The notes beneath the pieces are model-generated. The model made no database searches. It worked only from the letters and a program-made list of their open reading frames with translations, and was not told the DNA's origin. Made by a program: the position numbers and the translations under genes. Below, piece by piece: positions 39,379-40,944 of a DNA stretch of 40,944 bases. Source of the stretch: Neisseriaceae bacterium (GTDB taxonomy: Bacteria > Pseudomonadota > Gammaproteobacteria > Burkholderiales > Neisseriaceae); the NCBI GenBank assembly GCA_017446355.1, contig JAFSQZ010000195.1, positions 1 through 40,944 of the forward strand, read 5' to 3'. Position 1 is the first letter of the stretch. Each line of letters begins with the position of its first letter.

Positions 39379-39458
39379 TTTTTGTTTCTCATATAGTTTA
39401 TCTATATGATAGCAAACATTTTCAGGCAGCGTGGCGGTTTTACACTGCTTAAATGTGA

Positions 39459-39938
39459 TTATTTACGATGGTTGTATAAATACGTTGCAAAAAATCGCAA
39501 AGCAAAGCGTACCGCTTGTTCTCGTATTTGTTGTCTATCACCTTCAAAAAGGGCGTGTTCTGCAAAAATCTGTCCTTTGGTTGCGAGACCAAACCAAACT
39601 GTGCCTACAGGTTTTTCTTCTGTTCCACCGTCAGGTCCTGCAATACCTGAAATACTTAATGCATAATCACTTTTGGCTGCAATGAGTGCGCCTAATGCCA
39701 TTTCTTGCACGGTTTCTTTGCTAACCGCTCCATAATGACGTAATGTGCTAACGTTTACATTAAGTATTTGTGTCTTGGCACTGTCTGCGTAAGTAATGTA
39801 TGCACGTTCAAAAAAGGCTGAACTGCCTGCACGCGAAGTAATCGCGGCAGATAATAGTCCTCCTGTACACGATTCGGCACATGTCAGTGTTTGTTTACGT
39901 TCAGTAAGCTCGTTTGCAATGTATTCAAGAATATTCAT
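39459..39938 (-). CDS. pncC: Nicotinamide-nucleotide amidohydrolase (CinA C-terminal domain family)
   Basis: 159-aa ORF with TCAESCTGGLLSAAITSRAGSS, SISGIAGPDGGTEEKPVGTVWF, colinear with E. coli PncC. Confidence 0.88.
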   Translation of the reverse strand: MNILEYIANELTERKQTLTCAESCTGGLLSAAITSRAGSSAFFERAYITYADSAKTQILNVNVSTLRHYGAVSKETVQEMALGALIAAKSDYALSISGIAGPDGGTEEKPVGTVWFGLATKGQIFAEHALFEGDRQQIREQAVRFALRFFATYLYNHRK

Positions 39939-39953
39939 AATGTTTATATTATT

Positions 39954-40715
39954 TTAAAGAGTATTGAAACTACAAATTTTCATACAAAATGGAACATCGC
40001 GTTCAACTTGTTGTCCACGCACTTGGTTTTGACTGGCTGTTAAAAAACGAATATGCGTGAAGTATTTATTGGCTGCAACTTCTGGTAAAACATTTTCTGC
40101 GAGATCTAATTCAATGGTCAGTAAGTGCATATCTTGCGCTAAACTGCTGTATTGATAATTGCCTTTCTTGGCATTGCATTCTAAAACAGTTGGCTGACTT
40201 CGCAAAATTTCTAACAGTAATTCAGTTGCATGATATGTTGGCATAATCGCTTTTGACCAAGTCATTAAGTCTTGTTTTCTTTTTTCTGGGGAAATTTGTT
40301 GCCAAAGATAATAACTTGGAAATTCAATCGGCGTGGTTGCACCTGCAATTTGCATACGCTGCTTCATTGCCATTAACCATTCATTATCGCGAATGTGTTG
40401 TCCAAATTTTTGTTGTACTTCTTGCAAATCTTGTGCAACTTGGTTGACACGGTCTAGTAATTCTGGATTGGATTGAGTGGTGTGTAATCTTTGTCGTTGT
40501 CGTTCCAGTTCTTGCAATATATCACGTTTTAATTCAACACGTGATGAGCATTCCATAATTTCAAATAGACTGGTGATGGCAACGTGATGCAGCCATTTGT
40601 CTTCACTTTCTAAATTGTGTGTGAAACGACAAAATAAGTGTTTGATGCGAATAAAACTTCTTACGCGCTCGGACAAAGGATGATCAAAAGTAACAATCAT
40701 AATGATTTTTCTCAT
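39954..40715 (-). CDS. zapD: Cell division protein ZapD
   Basis: FDHPLSERVRSFIRIKHLF...ELKRDILQELERQRQRL parallels E. coli ZapD (FEHPLNEKMRTWLRIE...ELLKELDRQQRKL). It follows coaE as in enterics. The ATG at 40715 overlaps the coaE stop (ATGA); the ATG at 40700 is an alternative. Confidence 0.85.
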   Translation of the reverse strand: MRKIIMIVTFDHPLSERVRSFIRIKHLFCRFTHNLESEDKWLHHVAITSLFEIMECSSRVELKRDILQELERQRQRLHTTQSNPELLDRVNQVAQDLQEVQQKFGQHIRDNEWLMAMKQRMQIAGATTPIEFPSYYLWQQISPEKRKQDLMTWSKAIMPTYHATELLLEILRSQPTVLECNAKKGNYQYSSLAQDMHLLTIELDLAENVLPEVAANKYFTHIRFLTASQNQVRGQQVERDVPFCMKICSFNTL

Positions 40716-40944
40716 TCATTGGTTTCAGGCTGCCTGAAAATATGTAGATAATATTGATGTTGTTTGTGTACCATCGCTTGCAATTGTATCAAACTGCCGT
40801 GATTGTAAATCACATCGTCTGCGAAACCAAGCCGTTGTTCATCAGTTAATTGATTATTTATAATGTTTTTGATTTGTACCAAATTTAATTGACTGCGTTT
40901 TTGCACACGCATCATTCGCTCATTTTCATCACAAACCACAACTA
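40712..40944 (-). CDS. coaE: Dephospho-CoA kinase, C-terminal part (gene runs off the right edge)
   Basis: VCDENERMMRVQKRSQLNLVQIKNIINNQLTDEQRLGFADDVIYNHG fits the CoaE C-terminal pattern (VxxxxExQxxRxxxR...QxxxxxRxxxADxVIxN), and there is synteny with zapD. Confidence 0.8.
   Translation of the reverse strand, partial: VVVCDENERMMRVQKRSQLNLVQIKNIINNQLTDEQRLGFADDVIYNHGSLIQLQAMVHKQHQYYLHIFRQPETNE
40724..40738. repeat. DUS 15-mer TTCAGGCTGCCTGAA
   Basis: Exact match inside the coaE 3' end, where it encodes FRQPE. Confidence 0.9.

Noticed and set aside
1-40944. Possibility that the repeated 15-mers form a CRISPR array or another regularly spaced array.
   Set aside because: Spacing is irregular (tens of nt to several kb), copies lie inside conserved genes, and no cas genes are present. 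The pattern fits an uptake sequence.

Overview
This is an AT-rich chromosomal window (roughly 40% G+C by eye) and is almost entirely housekeeping. I call 38 protein-coding genes, two of them cut by the window edges. In order they are: leuB-leuD-leuC, smpB, dnaG, cspD/clpS-clpA plus a lipoprotein, accB-accC, thyA, trpD, gloA, the distal dcw block murC-ddl-ftsQ-ftsA-ftsZ, pyrD, an orphan Roadblock/LC7 gene, suhB, rsmE, tldD, ruvB, fmt, hemD-hemX-hemY, rluF-trpS, an MscS-family channel with nudB, pgk, a DUF1232 gene, pncC, zapD and coaE.

The dominant non-genic signal is a near-palindromic 15-mer, TTCAGGC[A/T]GCCTGAA, with at least 28 exact copies. It contains the 12-nt DNA uptake sequence dialects described for Kingella/Simonsiella-type Neisseriaceae. 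This places the window in a naturally competent, low-GC member of that family; Simonsiella, Alysiella or Kingella-like is inference only.

Accessory content is limited to decayed material:
- two IS30-like left-end remnants
- one IS5-family transposase pseudogene
- a frameshifted and truncated GT2 glycosyltransferase
- a small family of hairpin repeats

I found no rRNA, tRNA or CRISPR array. I found no toxin-antitoxin pair or recognisable defence or secretion cluster, and no convincing new multi-gene system. The observations most worth follow-up are:
- an FtsZ that departs from canonical residues in several near-invariant motifs and in its C-terminal peptide, inside a dcw cluster broken upstream of murC
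- two IS30-like ends that both sit at the centre of a DUS palindrome
- a stand-alone MglB-like Roadblock gene
- the hairpin repeats with conserved flanks and variable stems
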